From an uncultured Gammaproteobacteria bacterium (GTDB lineage: Bacteria; Patescibacteriota; Patescibacteriia; UBA11705; JABHMO01), in NCBI GenBank assembly GCA_964590105.1, contig CAZPYM010000001.1:1022-65021 (forward strand): DNA of 64,000 nucleotides, read 5' to 3'. Below the pieces are notes generated by a model. It was not told where the DNA came from, ran no database searches, and saw only the letters and a program-made list of their open reading frames with translations. A program made the translations under genes and the position numbers. Positions 10,301 to 18,170 of this stretch are shown here, piece by piece. Position 1 is the stretch's first letter. The number at the start of each line of letters is the position of its first letter.

Positions 10301-11179
10301 ATTGAGATCGGATTAGGCGACTCTGACGGTGATGATTCAGTTCTTGGTTATAACAGTGAATTTGATGGTGAATGGGGCGCAAATGGCGCTGCTGCTGCTG
10401 GCAGTTATTTAATAGTAGCTACTGGCATAAGTTCAGGCGCGACCGTTACTCCTGCTAATATTACTTCTACTGGCGCTGCAGGTGGTACTGTTGTGGCTTC
10501 TTACGTCAATTACCTGTATGACGGTATTCCAATCGTTACAGCCAATACAAGCACTCCTAGCGGTACAGCAATTGCTGGCGCGAACAAGGAAGTGTTCAGA
10601 TTTGACGTTGAGGCTGTTGGCGATGATGTCAGTATTGATGAGTTGGAATTCTGCGTGGGCGGTACTGCGACAAACAACGGCAATTTCGCGGCTGGTGCAG
10701 GTGATGTAACTCTAATGAGTTCTGACCTGAATACCACTTATGCGACTTTGACTCAAGCTTTGTTTGACGCTTATTGGACAGCTTCTGCGTTAGGAGCCGG
10801 GGTCTATCAGCCATTGGCTCCAGATAATGCGGCTGGTTCAACTTGTTTCTCACTTGGTGGCACAGCAGGGGTAACTTCCAAGACAACCACTATGGTTGAT
10901 TGGACTAACTCAGTTGACCCTGTAATTGCTGCAGGTACTACGTCGACCTTTAGATTGTTCGGTGACACAACCGGTATTGCGACAAACGAAACATTGCAGA
11001 TCAGTTTGAAAGCTAATCCAACAGCTGCATATCAGACTACGGCCGCTGGTTTGGAATGGTATAACACATCTGCTGGAATCGTTGATAACTTTACCTCTGG
11101 TTCTGAGAGTGTTGCCGCAGCTGAAGGCGCAACTCTGACAAAGAATCTACCTATCCAAGGTGGAGCACTTGTCTACTAA
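7313..11179 (+). CDS. large secreted surface (S-layer/adhesin-like) protein, Thr/Ala/Gly-rich
   Basis: The longest ORF starts at 7244, but the ATG at 7313 gives a canonical signal peptide (MKKVLTLGVVLTTILWTIGIAAFVPVASAA). There are about 1290 aa of repetitive T/A/G/S-rich beta-rich sequence. The N-terminal domain is homologous to the C-terminus of the 12442-14028 protein. Confidence 0.8.
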   Translation: MKKVLTLGVVLTTILWTIGIAAFVPVASAATLSAGDLIKASGAAVYFYAADGKRYTFPTESTYKTWYADFSSVKTITDDELAAITLAGNVVVRPGTELVKITTVPKVFAVSPNGKLSWVKTEPAAKALYGDNWNQRIIDIPDGFWVNYIDTGAELNGTAFPEGQLVSPTDSANIYYVGAEGKWNLIKDEAAFTANKWAWGNVVETSIAMVADGTEITAVVSANIDASQGGGGGTGVVVVAAGSLSVALNTTTPAVTTIPTNATAAAANVPFTYVDFTAGSSAVTVTGLKVTRTGLSQNAAFAAIKLFDGDTQIGTSQSLNSSNQAVFNNISFEVPANSTKTLTLAATMTLSAAYTNHILALGIAAASDITTTATLSGLFPVTGNSMTLNSSITIGTATLANGSLGTRNTTNLTVDTDAKDVRFTQVKISGGSGEAVTVKSVTALKNGTAASADITNIRLVNDTTGETLKTVTTLDSSGRAVFSGLNVAIAKGEFVELSVLADMNNSGAGRTIAFDLYDGNAFTISVVGNTYGFGITPTSSGTNFCGGTPWNCTAQTINQGYLTASLSANTPATGNVALGASKVPLLKYNLTAGGEGINVTSTLLTITTGTAELSKITQISIYDKDDKIVAGPQDATTASAGSQNLTFTDAYTVPAGINEYTIYANTASDMSALDTVYVALTVNGITAKGADSGKTTYTTSAGATVPPASVITGKTQTIKGPTLRVITAATPIASTFVVNSQDVDLAYFDLDATAGGEDMKITSLVVTQTAVTPANLLNLELWGDADNTDADNTVAKLGTTSSTATGAATNTFTFQVPLKISKSKISRLTLKGDVIGTSGTNLFKIVSDNATAVGWTTGQTASKTYSGTGQAHTLTASGSLIVTAAAGRAAAAQFVAGATGQSMMSYKFQATNEEVSVTDFYIATTGTAANANIGVVKLYLDGAQVGSLNGYSLDAYGIAHIVLDSGVFTAKKSPSYTTLDIKVDLASKDNLADISTIEIGLGDSDGDDSVLGYNSEFDGEWGANGAAAAGSYLIVATGISSGATVTPANITSTGAAGGTVVASYVNYLYDGIPIVTANTSTPSGTAIAGANKEVFRFDVEAVGDDVSIDELEFCVGGTATNNGNFAAGAGDVTLMSSDLNTTYATLTQALFDAYWTASALGAGVYQPLAPDNAAGSTCFSLGGTAGVTSKTTTMVDWTNSVDPVIAAGTTSTFRLFGDTTGIATNETLQISLKANPTAAYQTTAAGLEWYNTSAGIVDNFTSGSESVAAAEGATLTKNLPIQGGALVY

Positions 11180-11205
11180 TTACTGCTAGAAATTCAGATA
11201 TTGGA

Positions 11206-11236
11206 AAGGGTCCCGCCATCGGCGGGACCCTTTTAT
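11206..11236 (+). terminator. rho-independent terminator
   Basis: aagggtcccgcc-atc-ggcgggaccctt has a 12-bp GC stem followed by ttttatt. It lies directly after the stop at 11179. Confidence 0.8.
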
Positions 11237-11394
11237 TATTGGAAAATATGTTATATAATGAAATTAAGAAACTGGAAACTGGAAATTGGGGTTGATATTG
11301 AAAGTTGGGATTTGTTTTAATTTCCGCTTTTCATTGGTTTATTTCTCACCCATTTACCTAGTTACATAAGTACTTAATTTCTTTATTCAATTTT

Positions 11395-12054
11395 ATGAAA
11401 AAACGAAACATTGCGATAATCATTGTTGTGATTATCCTGGTAATAGGAGGATTGGTTTTTGTTAAGCTTCATGGCGCTGATTTGCAGGTCAGCGAGTTGA
11501 TGAAAATAAATACTACGCTTGAAATGAATGAGGCTCAACAGGCATTGTTTAGTGAACTGGAAGGTAATCTTAAAAATGACCCAAGTGATTACAGTTCGTT
11601 ATTTAAATTAGCTAGACTAAAGCAGGACATGCTTGATTTTGATGGCGCGGCTGAGCTGTATAATAAACTTTTAGAAACAAAACCGGGCGATACTTTGGTT
11701 ATGAATAATCTGGGTTCAATATATTATGATTCCAAGCAGTATGACAAAGCCGAAGAACTACAATTACAAATTATTGCGAAAACGCCTAAATGGATAGGTG
11801 CATACAAGGAATTGATGATGATTTATCGATATCAGTTAAAAGACAAGGCGCCGACTTTAGAAGATAAATTGCTTTATGGCTATAATAATTTTGCCGAGTA
11901 TAAACTTGATTTTACCAGTATGTTGTCTGTTTATTATGATGAAATAATGAATGATCCTATGAAAGCAAAGCCGTACTATGAAGAGCTGGCAGAATTACTT
12001 CCGGAAGATGCACAGGTCCAGGCGCGGTTGATTGAGATAAAGAATATAAAGTAG
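11395..12054 (+). CDS. tetratricopeptide (TPR) repeat protein, N-terminal TM anchor
   Basis: 219 aa. N-terminal hydrophobic helix, then TPR-like repeats (AAELYNKLLETKPGD..; YDKAEELQLQIIAKTP..). Confidence 0.7.
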   Translation: MKKRNIAIIIVVIILVIGGLVFVKLHGADLQVSELMKINTTLEMNEAQQALFSELEGNLKNDPSDYSSLFKLARLKQDMLDFDGAAELYNKLLETKPGDTLVMNNLGSIYYDSKQYDKAEELQLQIIAKTPKWIGAYKELMMIYRYQLKDKAPTLEDKLLYGYNNFAEYKLDFTSMLSVYYDEIMNDPMKAKPYYEELAELLPEDAQVQARLIEIKNIK

Positions 12055-12199
12055 TAGCGGCGCGGATTGGGAGACGGAATTTAATCCGAATGTTCGTGTG
12101 CTGAAATTAGAAAATTTATATTTTAAATCCGAATAATAACGCAAATAATTTAAAATAATTTTACTTGTTGCATGGAAATTTGGATTTGCAGTCGGCTAT

Positions 12200-12345
12200 G
12201 CAAAATTGCGCTATGACGAAGCGCGGCGCGCGTTAACAAAGGGCGAACGACCCCGCCGTAGGCGGGGGAGAGAGACCGGCCGGCCGCCAGGCCCATTTCT
12301 TCCCCTCCCGCGGGGAGGGGGCAGGGGGGGGGGCTGGGCTACCTG
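12200..12345. other. GC-rich structured island with G10 homopolymer and G-quadruplex-type G-runs
   Basis: Nested GC hairpins (ccccgcc-gta-ggcgggg; cccctccc-gc-gggagggg), a G10 run at 12324-12333, and four or more closely spaced G3+ runs. It sits in an otherwise AT-rich intergenic region upstream of the 12442 gene. Confidence 0.6.
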
Positions 12346-12441
12346 CCTGCAAAGCAAGTAAAGGGCAAAGAGCATGAAACTTTAAGAGTGGAACTTAGAA
12401 ATTTACAAATATAAATATAAAAAAATGAAAAATACGCATTT

Positions 12442-14028
12442 ATGATTAAAAAAATTACATTTTTATTGGTCATTGCTCTCATGATGTTTCCTTTTCTTGG
12501 CAAGGCGTCAAATGTGGTTATTGTTAATTTAAATCAGGTCAGCATGGAAACTTATTTTTATCCGTTGACTTTTGACAACCTGGCGCTGGACTTTTCAGTT
12601 GTGCCGGCGCAGAGCGATGTCTTGCAGACTTTGGTCATAAAAAATTATGGTAGCGCTCGGTTTAATTATGAAATTGAAAAATTGGTTTTGTGGTCAAGCG
12701 CCGGAAGTGATTTTATGGGATTCGCCGTTGACACCAAGCTTGGCGAAGCGACTTATGATTCTGGCAATCAAGTCTGGGTATTCAAATCTCTGAATGCCAC
12801 TGTGCCACTTAGCGGCAAGCGATTTTTTGTAACAGCTGAAACCAAAAAGAACGGTAGCGATAGCAAAACTTTTCAGTTTTTAATGCCGGCATATTCTGAT
12901 GTGGACGCTGATGGTGTTTATGATATGGGAGATACGGGGATGTTTTTTGAATCAAAAACTATTTTGCCGGAATCAGGATTATTGAACATTGATTTTGCCA
13001 CATATAAAGCAACTACCCATGATTCGTCCGGCCCGGTGACAGTTATTACTAATCTAAAAAATGGACAAACAATAACCAACTCCACTGATTTTACCATCAC
13101 AGGAGAGTCAAGAGATCAGGGCGGCTCAAACCCTGATACGCTGGAGGTTTGCATTGATGGGGGCTGCGCCAGCGCGACTAATACTAGCTCGTATTTTTTG
13201 AAATGGAAATATGACTGGACAGATATTAGCGATGGCAGTCATTCCATTTATACAAAAACCAAAGATTCGAATAACAATTTGACAACTTCAGCCACTATGA
13301 CAGTGACTAAAACAACAGTTCAAGTGGTATCAACCGCCAATTCGATCGTGTCTTTGAATAAATCTGCAGCCAAGGCGGACGGCAGCGATTCGATTCTTGT
13401 TACCGCTATAATCAAGGATTCAAACAAGCAGGCAATGCAGGGAAAAACAGTTTATTTTTCTGAATTTACTGCCGGCGGAGTCGGCGTGGTTGACAGCGAA
13501 AAAGTTACTGATGCCAGTGGGCAGGTAGTTTTTAGCGTCAAATCTTCAGCGGTCGGGACTTTTCGGGTCAGCATTATTGTTGAGGGCGGCAGTATTATAG
13601 ATGATAATATCCAGATACAGTTCATCAAAGCCGCGTCGGAAGCAATCAGTTATACTGATGGTGAATTTATCAAATTGGCTGATCAAAAAGCAGTTTATTT
13701 TCTTGACAAAAAAAATATTCGCCATGCCTATCCTTCGCAGGCGATTTGGGAGAGCTATTGGGGAAATGATTTTTCGTTTGTAAAAATTGTAAGCGCGGAC
13801 GCGATGGCCGGTTATTCTCTCGGCGTAAATGTGCCATTCAAAGCCGGCATTCTGATGAAAATCCCGTCTGTGGCAAAGGTTTATAAAGTTGAAGCCAATG
13901 GCGTTATCCATTGGATCAAGACAGAAGCAACCGCAAAAAGTTTGTACGGCAATGGCTGGGCCGCGCTGGTAAAAGACTTGTCAGAAGCGTTTTTTACGGA
14001 TTATACGGTGGGGGCGGATATTGATTAG
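12442..14028 (+). CDS. secreted protein with bacterial Ig-like (Big_1-type) domain
   Basis: Signal peptide (MIKKITFLLVIALMMFPFLGKASN). A Big_1-like segment 'VSLNKSAAKADGSDSILVTAIIKD..GKTVYF..DASGQVVFSVKS..GTFRVSII'. The C-terminal domain is homologous to the N-terminus of the 7313-11179 protein. Confidence 0.8.
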   Translation: MIKKITFLLVIALMMFPFLGKASNVVIVNLNQVSMETYFYPLTFDNLALDFSVVPAQSDVLQTLVIKNYGSARFNYEIEKLVLWSSAGSDFMGFAVDTKLGEATYDSGNQVWVFKSLNATVPLSGKRFFVTAETKKNGSDSKTFQFLMPAYSDVDADGVYDMGDTGMFFESKTILPESGLLNIDFATYKATTHDSSGPVTVITNLKNGQTITNSTDFTITGESRDQGGSNPDTLEVCIDGGCASATNTSSYFLKWKYDWTDISDGSHSIYTKTKDSNNNLTTSATMTVTKTTVQVVSTANSIVSLNKSAAKADGSDSILVTAIIKDSNKQAMQGKTVYFSEFTAGGVGVVDSEKVTDASGQVVFSVKSSAVGTFRVSIIVEGGSIIDDNIQIQFIKAASEAISYTDGEFIKLADQKAVYFLDKKNIRHAYPSQAIWESYWGNDFSFVKIVSADAMAGYSLGVNVPFKAGILMKIPSVAKVYKVEANGVIHWIKTEATAKSLYGNGWAALVKDLSEAFFTDYTVGADID

Positions 14029-14131
14029 CGGTAGCTGAAGGGACAGGACAGAATTTAATTCTGTCCTTACTGTTCTGACTGTCCTTATGAGGGGGCGAGA
14101 GGCAAGCAAAAAGTTATCCACAGTTGAATAA

Positions 14132-14167
14132 AAGATGTTGAGGCGACTCGACATCTTTTTTGTTTTT
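14132..14167 (+). terminator. rho-independent terminator candidate
   Basis: aagatgt..(12-nt loop)..acatctt hairpin followed by tttttgtttttt. An extra AT hairpin at 14049-14071 (aggacagaat-tta-attctgtcct) sits directly after the stop. Confidence 0.55.
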
Positions 14168-14326
14168 TAAAAAATGCCTCTGTAAAAACGCGAAAATTTT
14201 TGACGAGGCGGGTCGACAAGATTTGGTTGTGGGTTAAATGTTGGGTTGAGATAATAAAGTAGTAATTGATGGTGGCGTTTTCGTTATTGTGTCGTCGCGC
14301 CTCACTTCGTTCGGTGCTTCTCGCAA

Positions 14327-14413
14327 TGACAAAGGTGGACGGCACGGCGATGATTGCGACAACGCCACATTGTCATTGCGAGGAGCCGCGCGCAGCAGCG
14401 GCGACGAAGCAAT
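14327..14413. repeat. left inverted-repeat arm of the 'ctcgcaatgaca' element flanking GIY-YIG gene
   Basis: Long hairpin ctcgcaatgacaaaggtgg...ccacattgtcattgcgag. The terminal segment 'gtcattgcgaggagccgcgcgcagcagcggcgacgaagcaatc' is the reverse complement, at about 85% identity, of 14769-14815 on the other side of the GIY-YIG ORF. Confidence 0.7.
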
Positions 14414-14476
14414 CACGCCCCCATTAGCGCTTTCTAAAAGGGTGGCGTCATAATCGCTTCCTGAAAAATATAAGTT

Positions 14477-14776
14477 ATGAGGCGAAGATTATACAGCACA
14501 TATATACTGGCGAATAAAACTAATTCAGTTCTATATACCGGTGTGACTAATAATTTAAATGTAAGAATTTGGCAACATAAAACTAAATTGAACCCAAAAT
14601 CTTTTTGTGCCAGATATAACGTTAATAAATTAGTTTATTATGAAAATTACCAATACGTAATGGATGCGATCAGAAGGGAAAAGCAAATTAAAGCTGGTTC
14701 GAGGAGAAAGAAGGAGCAATTGATTCAGAGAGAGAATCCTAATTATGATGATCTTTATGAAGAATGGCTGGAATGA
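14477..14776 (+). CDS. GIY-YIG nuclease superfamily protein (YhbQ/UPF0213-like)
   Basis: 99 aa. 'YSTYILANKTNSVLYTGVTNNLNVRIWQHK' is the GIY-YIG core and 'DAIRREKQIKAGSRRKKEQLI' is the C-terminal helix typical of YhbQ-type proteins. Confidence 0.8.
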   Translation: MRRRLYSTYILANKTNSVLYTGVTNNLNVRIWQHKTKLNPKSFCARYNVNKLVYYENYQYVMDAIRREKQIKAGSRRKKEQLIQRENPNYDDLYEEWLE

Positions 14777-14788
14777 GATTGCTTCGTC

Positions 14789-14988
14789 GTTCCGCTCCGC
14801 GTGACTCCTCGCAATGACAGAGGGGAGAAGGTGGCTCCGCGTGACTTCTCGCAATGACAGAGGGGATAAGGTGGCTCCGCGTGACTTCTCGCAATGGCAG
14901 AGGGGAGAAGGTGGCTCCGCGTGACTCCTCGCAATGACAGAGGGGAGAAGGTGGCTCTGCGTGACTTCTCGCAATGACAGAGGGAATC
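14789..14988. repeat. tandem array, 5 x 40-bp unit (ggtggctccgcgtgacttctcgcaatgacagaggggagaa)
   Basis: Five head-to-tail copies with 1-3 substitutions each and no spacers. They share the 'ctcgcaatgaca' core with the inverted copies at 14327-14413. The array lies between the GIY-YIG gene and the RAYT-like gene. Confidence 0.9.
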
Positions 14989-15087
14989 GGGTTGCTTTCG
15001 CAGGATTCCTTGCAGTCATTACAGAGGGCGCTTGATGTGCGGTTAATTTAAACTAAACTAGGCGAAATAATTAATTAACCAAAATGT

Positions 15088-15804
15088 ATGAAAAAAGAAA
15101 AACCAATCGCCCCGGCTTTAGAGGGTGAAAAAAAATCCGAAGCAAAACCAAAGTACGACAAGCCGTTTCGCCAGCCAGGCGGAGTGTACTTTCACTACGG
15201 CGAAGTGATCGGGCACAAAAATGTTTTCGTGACAAAAGAATACATGGATTTGCTGGTCAATGCTTTCAAGCTGGCAGAACTGAAGCAGGATATAAAAAAC
15301 CTTGCCTATGTGATCATGCCAAACTTCTTTTTCTGGATGTTTCGTCTGCCGGAAAAAATGGATAATCCCGCTGATATTTATGGCGAAGTCAAGGGCCAAG
15401 TGGCCACGGAAGTGATGAAATATTTACGCAAGGAAATCAAGGAAGGCGCTTTTGATTTGCTCGACATCTTTAAACCAAATGACAGGGTCGGTCGCTCGTT
15501 GCCGCAGAAAATATTATGGAGCTTCGAAGAGCAGGCCAAAGCATTTGAAAATAATAAGCGCTACAAAATTTGGACGCCAAAAACGCGGACCTGCCCGATT
15601 GATAATGATGAAAAATTGCGCGCGAAATTGGCGCAAATCAAAAAAGCGCCGGTGAGCGATCGCTGGAGACTGGTGGAGTCGGCGGAAAAATACCCGTACC
15701 TTTATCTGTCCGAGGAAGTAGCTACGCTTGGCGAGGCCGGAGTTGATCTGGCGTCGTTTTGCCCGGTTATTCAGGTCAATGAATCAGTTGAAGTAAAAAC
15801 CTAG
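15088..15804 (+). CDS. IS200/RAYT-like (COG1943-type) transposase-related protein with degenerate HUH motif
   Basis: 'NLAYVIMPNFFFWMFRLPE' aligns with the family consensus 'AYVLMPNHYHLLLETPE', so both HUH histidines are replaced by Phe. 'RYKIWTPK' sits where the family has 'RYKAVLV', and 'EKYPYLY' near the C-terminus is also family-like. The catalytic-Tyr region is divergent. Family assignment by eye. Confidence 0.45.
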   Translation: MKKEKPIAPALEGEKKSEAKPKYDKPFRQPGGVYFHYGEVIGHKNVFVTKEYMDLLVNAFKLAELKQDIKNLAYVIMPNFFFWMFRLPEKMDNPADIYGEVKGQVATEVMKYLRKEIKEGAFDLLDIFKPNDRVGRSLPQKILWSFEEQAKAFENNKRYKIWTPKTRTCPIDNDEKLRAKLAQIKKAPVSDRWRLVESAEKYPYLYLSEEVATLGEAGVDLASFCPVIQVNESVEVKT

Positions 15805-15918
15805 TTTAGTTAATTCTGCCTAGCGGTGGAAGAACTAATTAATAACCCTGGGGCCGGCGGATTATATAGCGAATTTTATGGGAATTGCGTGTGACTCGCC
15901 GGCCCCTTTGAAAAATAT

Positions 15919-18165
15919 ATGAAATATATAGTTTGTTTAATGTTGATGTTTTTCTTGACAATTCCTTTTGACTTATTATTCCGTCAGGCGTGGGCGCAGG
16001 TTCCCTTGTGTTCAAATACCATAACAGACAGTCTTATTTATCAATACATTGTAATTGGTTGCGGTGAGAACCCGTGTCAAAGTTGGTTGAAGGATTTGTT
16101 GGAAAATATTGAAACAAGTGAAACCCCAAATCAGTCTTCGCAAAGCTTAGCCGGTTCAGGGCAAGCAGATGAAACAAGTGAAACGGATTTAATTTCGCAG
16201 GTGATTTTTGTGGACGGCGAAATCTTTTCACCGGCGGAAACGCTTGAAAAAGCGGAAGATAGTATAGAGGGTGAAAAATCCCTCGACTCCCCCGCACTTG
16301 GCGAAGTCGCTCGGGATGACAATGAGGTGGAACAAGAAGAGGCACAAGGTATTACGGCTAACCTAGTTGAAATTGGGCCAAAACAGATCAGAATCAATGA
16401 AATTGTTGCCGTGCCAATTGCGGGACAAAATGAGTGGGTTGAGCTTTTTAATACTTTGGATTTTGCGGTTGACCTTGACGGTTGGCAGTTGATTGAAGGC
16501 GCAGGAAAAAAAACAGAATTGTCCGGACAGATTCAGCCCGGCGGATATTTGGTTTTTGATAAAAATAATTTGAATAACAGTGGCGACGTTGTTGTTTTGC
16601 AAAATTCCGCTGGCCAGGAAATTGACCGGGTGAGCTATGGTGACTGGGAAGCGGCGACAGCGCCGGCAGCTCCGAGCGGCAATTCAATTGGTTTATTTGG
16701 CAATGAATACAAGGAAACCGAAGTTGTAACGCCGGAGCAGAAGAATGTTTTTCAGTTAGAGGTGGAAGAGGTGGAAGAGGTGGAAGAGGTGGAAGAAGTG
16801 GAAGAAGTTGATCCAGTTGATCAAGTTAACCAAGTTGATCAAGTTAACCAAGTTGATCAAGTTAACCAAGTTGATCAAGTTAATCAAGCGGATCAAGCGG
16901 AGCAAATTGGAACAATAGAAGAAAAAGCCGTTGAATATCAGTATTCAGACAAAATAATAATCAATGAATTTTTGGCGGATCCGCTTGGAAGCGATGACGC
17001 GGAATGGATTGAACTTTACAATAGCGGGGCTGAAGATGTGAATTTATTCGGCTGGAAGTTGGATGACGCAGAGGGCGGCAGTAAAGTGTTTGAAATAAAA
17101 GATCAGATTATTATCAAAGAAAATGATTACCTGATATTTTCGAAAGAAGAAACAGGTTTGGTCCTGAATAATTCATCAGATCGAATCGCTCTCATTGATC
17201 CGGCTGGCAAAATAGTCAGTTCAATTGAATACCAAAATCCGAAAGAAAATTACAGCAGGGCATTGATTGATGACGAATGGCAGGATACATCAATATTAAC
17301 CCCCGGAAAAAAGAATGAAAAACCCGGCTTGCAAATGGCGCAATTTATTGGCAAGGAAAGCGAGGAAAATAGCAAAATCCAAGCAAGTTCTTTATCAGCC
17401 GTCAAAATATATGATTTAAATGAAGTCAGGGATTTGCCCTTGAAAACAAAAGTTATAACCAGGGGGCAAGTGGCCGTACTGCCGAATGTTTTCAGTAAAA
17501 ATTTGATCTATCTGGCCGGTAGCGGCATGCAGATATCTTTTTCCAAAGCAGACTGGCCGGAAATGAACATCGGCGACCTGGTGGAAATTGAAGGCACTCT
17601 TTCGGAAAGTTATGGAGAAAAAAGAATTTTATTGAAAGATAAGCAGGAAATTAAAATTATTGAAGCCGGCGATTTGCCGGCGCCGCATTTAATTGATTCA
17701 AGGCAAATCACAGAAGATGTTGAAGGTTTTTTTGTCCAGATTGAGGGGACTTTGGTAGAAAAAAATGCCAGCAAGATGACTTTTGCTGATGAATATGGGG
17801 AATTCTTTGTTTATCTGAAACAGGGAGCGCAAATTAGTTCAAAAATTCTGAGTTTGAATGATAAAATTCAAATCACGGGAATAGTTAGTCAATATAATGA
17901 TGAATATCGGATTTTGCCGAGAAGCCAGAATGATCTGGTGAATTTTACTTGGTTGGAGAATCCGGTGGCGGGTGAAGTTCAGCAGGGCGAGCAGCAAATT
18001 CCGGCTAGTTCAAGCAGGATTAAAATACTGTGGGGATTACTGACCGGTTTTGTGATCTTGTGTTTTTGCAATTTGTATTTTCTTTGGCAAAAAAAAGCGC
18101 AGGTCGCAGAAAAATTTCAAGCTTTGAGAAAAATAGTTGTCCATAGGTGGAGGCCGGAACCTTAG
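15919..18165 (+). CDS. secreted/membrane-anchored protein with two lamin-tail domains (LTD)
   Basis: Signal peptide. Two LTD motifs ('IRINEIVAVP..NEWVELFN..DLDGWQLIEG..GGYLVFD' and 'IIINEFLADP..AEWIELYN..NLFGWKLDD..NDYLIFS'). An internal EVEEV.../QVDQVN repeat linker. A C-terminal TM helix. The gene ends in TAG. Confidence 0.8.
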   Translation: MKYIVCLMLMFFLTIPFDLLFRQAWAQVPLCSNTITDSLIYQYIVIGCGENPCQSWLKDLLENIETSETPNQSSQSLAGSGQADETSETDLISQVIFVDGEIFSPAETLEKAEDSIEGEKSLDSPALGEVARDDNEVEQEEAQGITANLVEIGPKQIRINEIVAVPIAGQNEWVELFNTLDFAVDLDGWQLIEGAGKKTELSGQIQPGGYLVFDKNNLNNSGDVVVLQNSAGQEIDRVSYGDWEAATAPAAPSGNSIGLFGNEYKETEVVTPEQKNVFQLEVEEVEEVEEVEEVEEVDPVDQVNQVDQVNQVDQVNQVDQVNQADQAEQIGTIEEKAVEYQYSDKIIINEFLADPLGSDDAEWIELYNSGAEDVNLFGWKLDDAEGGSKVFEIKDQIIIKENDYLIFSKEETGLVLNNSSDRIALIDPAGKIVSSIEYQNPKENYSRALIDDEWQDTSILTPGKKNEKPGLQMAQFIGKESEENSKIQASSLSAVKIYDLNEVRDLPLKTKVITRGQVAVLPNVFSKNLIYLAGSGMQISFSKADWPEMNIGDLVEIEGTLSESYGEKRILLKDKQEIKIIEAGDLPAPHLIDSRQITEDVEGFFVQIEGTLVEKNASKMTFADEYGEFFVYLKQGAQISSKILSLNDKIQITGIVSQYNDEYRILPRSQNDLVNFTWLENPVAGEVQQGEQQIPASSSRIKILWGLLTGFVILCFCNLYFLWQKKAQVAEKFQALRKIVVHRWRPEP
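16753..16905 (+). repeat. in-frame coding tandem repeats (9-bp gaggtggaa x5, then 18-bp caagttgatcaagttaac x~4)
   Basis: They encode EVEEVEEVEEVEEVEEV and DQVNQVDQVNQVDQVNQVDQVNQ in the LTD protein linker. All are multiples of 3. Confidence 0.9.
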
Positions 18166-18170
18166 CTGGC

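Noticed and set aside
7474-10886. Multiple antisense or overlapping ORFs within the 1290-aa surface protein gene (7474-7689, 7837-8127, 8380-8898, 9779-9991, 10482-10886)
   Set aside because: They are nested in one long uninterrupted ORF with signal peptide. The repetitive GC-richer coding sequence creates long alternative frames.
14789-14988. Possible CRISPR array (regular 40-bp repeats)
   Set aside because: The units are directly abutting with no unique spacers between them and no cas genes are nearby. This is a simple tandem repeat or REP-like array, not a CRISPR array.
14085-15019. ORFs 14085-14345, 14234-14416 and 14630-15019 (repeated 'LLPSVIARSHAE')
   Set aside because: These are reading-frame artefacts of the inverted and tandem 'ctcgcaatgaca' repeats. 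The last one simply translates the 40-bp array.
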